A stretch of DNA of 64,000 nucleotides from Bilabrum cf. latius (lineage: Eukaryota), in the NCBI GenBank assembly GCA_965178125.1, contig OZ237750.1, forward strand, positions 310,001-374,000, written 5' to 3'. The position numbers and the translations under genes are program-made. This document shows positions 61,367 to 64,000 of this stretch, in pieces. How positions within the stretch are numbered: position 1 is the first letter of the stretch; each line of letters starts with the position of its first letter. A model generated the notes under the pieces. It was not told the DNA's origin and searched no databases. It saw only the letters and a list, made by a program, of their open reading frames with translations.

Positions 61367-64000
61367 ATGGACAACGGGAACACTCGCCGAAAGCAGAGGC
61401 GTGCAATGGCTGCCCGTCAGTCTGACCAGTCTGATGGTGAAAATGTAGCGGCTGCTCCAACATAGGTGGAGGTGTTCGATAATCTCATCGTAGACGAGAC
61501 TGGACAGGGTGAAGACTATGGAGCGTCCGGCATGGAATCGACAACACCTCCTCTCAGTGGAACAGCAGACACAATGCCAACGCGCTCATCTTTAACTGAT
61601 GAAGAACTGAGGAAAGCCTTCGGATCTATTGTACTTCAGGTCCATCGGAGCGAGTTTGAATCGTTCTCCAAGCGGTATCTGCCGTTGATCCTTGCTGCCG
61701 GCCTGCGAACGAGAATCTACGCATCATGCGATCCGGAAGGAACCGGTGCAAGTCAAAAGACTGTATTTGTAGAGTGTTTTTTTGGGTCCGAGGTGAGGAA
61801 TGCGGTGCTTGGGTGTGCCGCTGTTGACTCAGCCGACATGCGTTTGTATCGAGTGTCCGTTTACATCCCGTTCCCTGTGCTTCCCAAATGATGCCACGCG
61901 ATGCCAATAAATTGCTGTGCTTTCATGAGTGTTCGCAGGAAAGGTTGATCTACTCCGCTTGGCGGCTTGGGTACTTGGTAGAGCTGGATCACCGAAGGCT
62001 GCGCCAGCTAGATGTGCAGCGCAATGCTCGCCTGGAGGAGCAGGCCCGGGCCCTCGGCCACTCGATCTTCGCTCCGGGGGGCGACGCGGCGGCTAAGGAT
62101 GGAGAGCTGCCGACGCTGGAGGACAAGGCCTTCGGGATCCCAGCACCGGCAGACCACCCCGTGCTCGGTTGCCTCCGCTGCGCGCTGTGCACCAGCAACC
62201 TGCCGCTCGAAGACGTCAAGGAGCGCGACCCGTACCACTACCTCAGGGCGCCTATTGATCCGTGCCCGCCCACCAGGTCAGCTGGCTGGAAGCTCTACAA
62301 GGTGGACAGCGGGACAGGCACTGTGCTCACGAGAATCCAGTGCCTCCGAGCTCTTCAGAACGTCCTGACTGCCCCTGAAAAAGAAGGTGGTGCTGCGCTG
62401 CCCCTCGACGCCGGTCAGAAATGGCTGGTGAAGATCTTCGCCCACCCGGATGAGGAGGAGAGGGAGCGCCTTGAGAACTACTGGTTGATGTGCTTCTCCT
62501 GCCCTTGGAACCAGCCAATCGACGCAATCAGAGAGTACGCAGGAGAGAAAGTGGCTTTCCTGAACTTCTTCACGGCGTATCTGACCTACAGCCTCGCGTT
62601 CCCTACCGTGATCGGCCTGGCGCTGTTCGTCAACCAGGTGCTGTTCGAGGCCCCCGGTGTCATCTGGGCCCCCATCTACGCTGCGGTTGTGTCGCTCTGG
62701 GCTGCGCTCATGTACGAGTTCTACAAACGCGCTGAGAACAACACCTCGCAGAAATGGGGCATGACAGGTTTCAAGCAGCGCGCCGCCATGCGGCGTGAAT
62801 ACTTGGATGCGGACTGGGTAGAGAACACGAGGTCACCGGTGACCGGGCTCCCTGGGCACGTGGTCGCGAACCAGTGCTGGAAGGGCATCCGCAGCTGCTT
62901 CTCGTCGAGCGTGTTTTCCCTGCTGCTCGGCATCGTGATCGTGACCTTCATCTCGACTTTCTTGGCGAGGATTTACCTGGTCAGGGCCGAAGAGGATGGC
63001 GACATCGAGGAGAACTGGGGCGGGTACGCCGCGAGCATCATCAACGCAGTGGTGATCGCCTTGCTGTCCTTCGTCTACAACCAGCTTGCCCAGCTGCTGA
63101 CCAGCTTCGAGGTGCAGCCCACCGACCTCGCGCACGAGGAATCACTCATTGTGAAAGGGTGCTCCTTCCAACTCATCAACAGCTTCTTCCCGCTCATCTA
63201 CGTGGCGTTCATCAAGCCAAGTGTTAGGAGCCTCTATGGTGTGGAGTCCGAGGGCTGCCAGCTCAACGAGAACGGGGAGCCAGATTGCCTCGCTGAGCTG
63301 CAGTCCCAGCTCGCGATCCTCGTCATCACGCGGCTCATCGTCAACAACATCATGGCACTTGCCAATCCGTACATCTTCCCCACTGTGATGTGGTTGCTAC
63401 GCCGACTGTTTTGCCTGCAGTGCGGGTGTATCCTCGGCGAGGATCTGGGTGCGGCTCACCCGCGGGAGAGTCCAGCAGACAGGGAGGCCAGGAGGGTGCA
63501 ATTCAGCACGTACGACCAGACCATGGAGCAGCTGATCCTGTTTGGATACGCTTCGCTGTTCGTCTCGGCCTTTCCTCTAGCGCCACTGATCTGCCTGCTG
63601 TCCAACTACATCGAGCTCCGCGTGGATGCGATCACCTTCCTGCACTACAGCGCTCGCCCGCTGCCCGCTGGCGCCTCCGGCATCGGGGCTTGGGGTCGGT
63701 TCGTCGGCCTCGTGTCGTTCGCGTCCTGTGCGACGAACCTCGGTGTGACGATTTTCACGAACCCGGAGCCGCTCTTCGGCGAATCTGACCTCGGCACTCG
63801 CACCGCGGTGTTTATCGTCGCGGAGCACGTGCTGCTGCTGTCCGTCTTTGTCATCGCCGGTTGGATCGGGGACGTGCCGCAGCTCACGCTGAATCGCGCT
63901 GCCAGGAACGAGTACCTGCAGGCAAAGCACCTCAAAGGCGACATCGACAGCCTCGACGACGTCCTCGTCGCGTCTGGTGTGGTGCCCACGCTGGCCGACG
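61367..64000 (+). CDS. Anoctamin/TMEM16 family channel or scramblase (3' end beyond window)
   Basis: Motifs: NQPIDAIREYAGEKVAFLNFF, LWAALMYEFYKR..KWG, EESLIVK..FQLINSFFPLIYVAF, LILFGYASLFVSAFPLAPLICLLSNYIELRVDA, ASGIGAW. TAG at 61463-61465; intron 61793-61938. Start approximate. Confidence 0.93.

Noticed and set aside
1-64000. Pseudogenisation or sequencing error as the cause of the internal stops
   Set aside because: Internal stops are exclusively TAG, never TAA or TGA. There are no frameshifts, conserved housekeeping-type genes are affected, and the TAGs fall on Gln positions.
1-64000. UAG as pyrrolysine, Leu, Glu or programmed low-level read-through
   Set aside because: The conserved positions indicate Gln (Mpv17 QQ, kinase helix E, methyltransferase, paralog CAA). 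Up to 22 TAGs per gene is incompatible with leaky read-through, and only one site aligns with Glu in a paralog.
1-64000. tRNA-Gln(CUA), eRF1, rRNA or transposase genes
   Set aside because: I recognised none by eye in this window. The decoding machinery must be sought elsewhere in the genome.

Overview
This is GC-rich, gene-dense eukaryotic nuclear DNA from a flagellated protist (IFT88 is present; short GT-AG introns of 88-155 nt). A stramenopile or bicosoecid-like origin is my inference from gene content only. The ORF track looks fragmented because it uses the wrong genetic code. About 90 in-frame TAG codons (manual count) sit inside otherwise intact genes, and several fall at conserved Gln positions. 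Examples are Mpv17 GDxxxQQL encoded by TAG-TAG, kinase helix-E YxxQxLxGL, methyltransferase PxQxxxExH, and a paralog pair with CAA versus TAG in GLYSQPF. No gene model ends in TAG (16 end in TGA, 2 in TAA), and I found no in-frame TAA inside any gene. The window therefore supports a nuclear code with UAG=Gln and UAA/UGA=stop. Re-read this way it holds about 20 genes. They include a tandem pair of CHAT(caspase-like)-STAND NTPase-STAT-type SH2 proteins, a ~2780-aa SepA/Cdc7/MAP3K-epsilon kinase, IFT88, a METTL24-like methyltransferase, a secreted PAN-GH127 hydrolase, GatC, DCC1, an NDUFAF4-like protein, an FKBP-TPR protein, a ~3060-aa unknown protein, an Mpv17-family protein, a divergent kinase, a 3R-Myb and an anoctamin. 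There is also a 6 x 47-bp tandem repeat. All family calls come from motif recognition by eye, not database searches.
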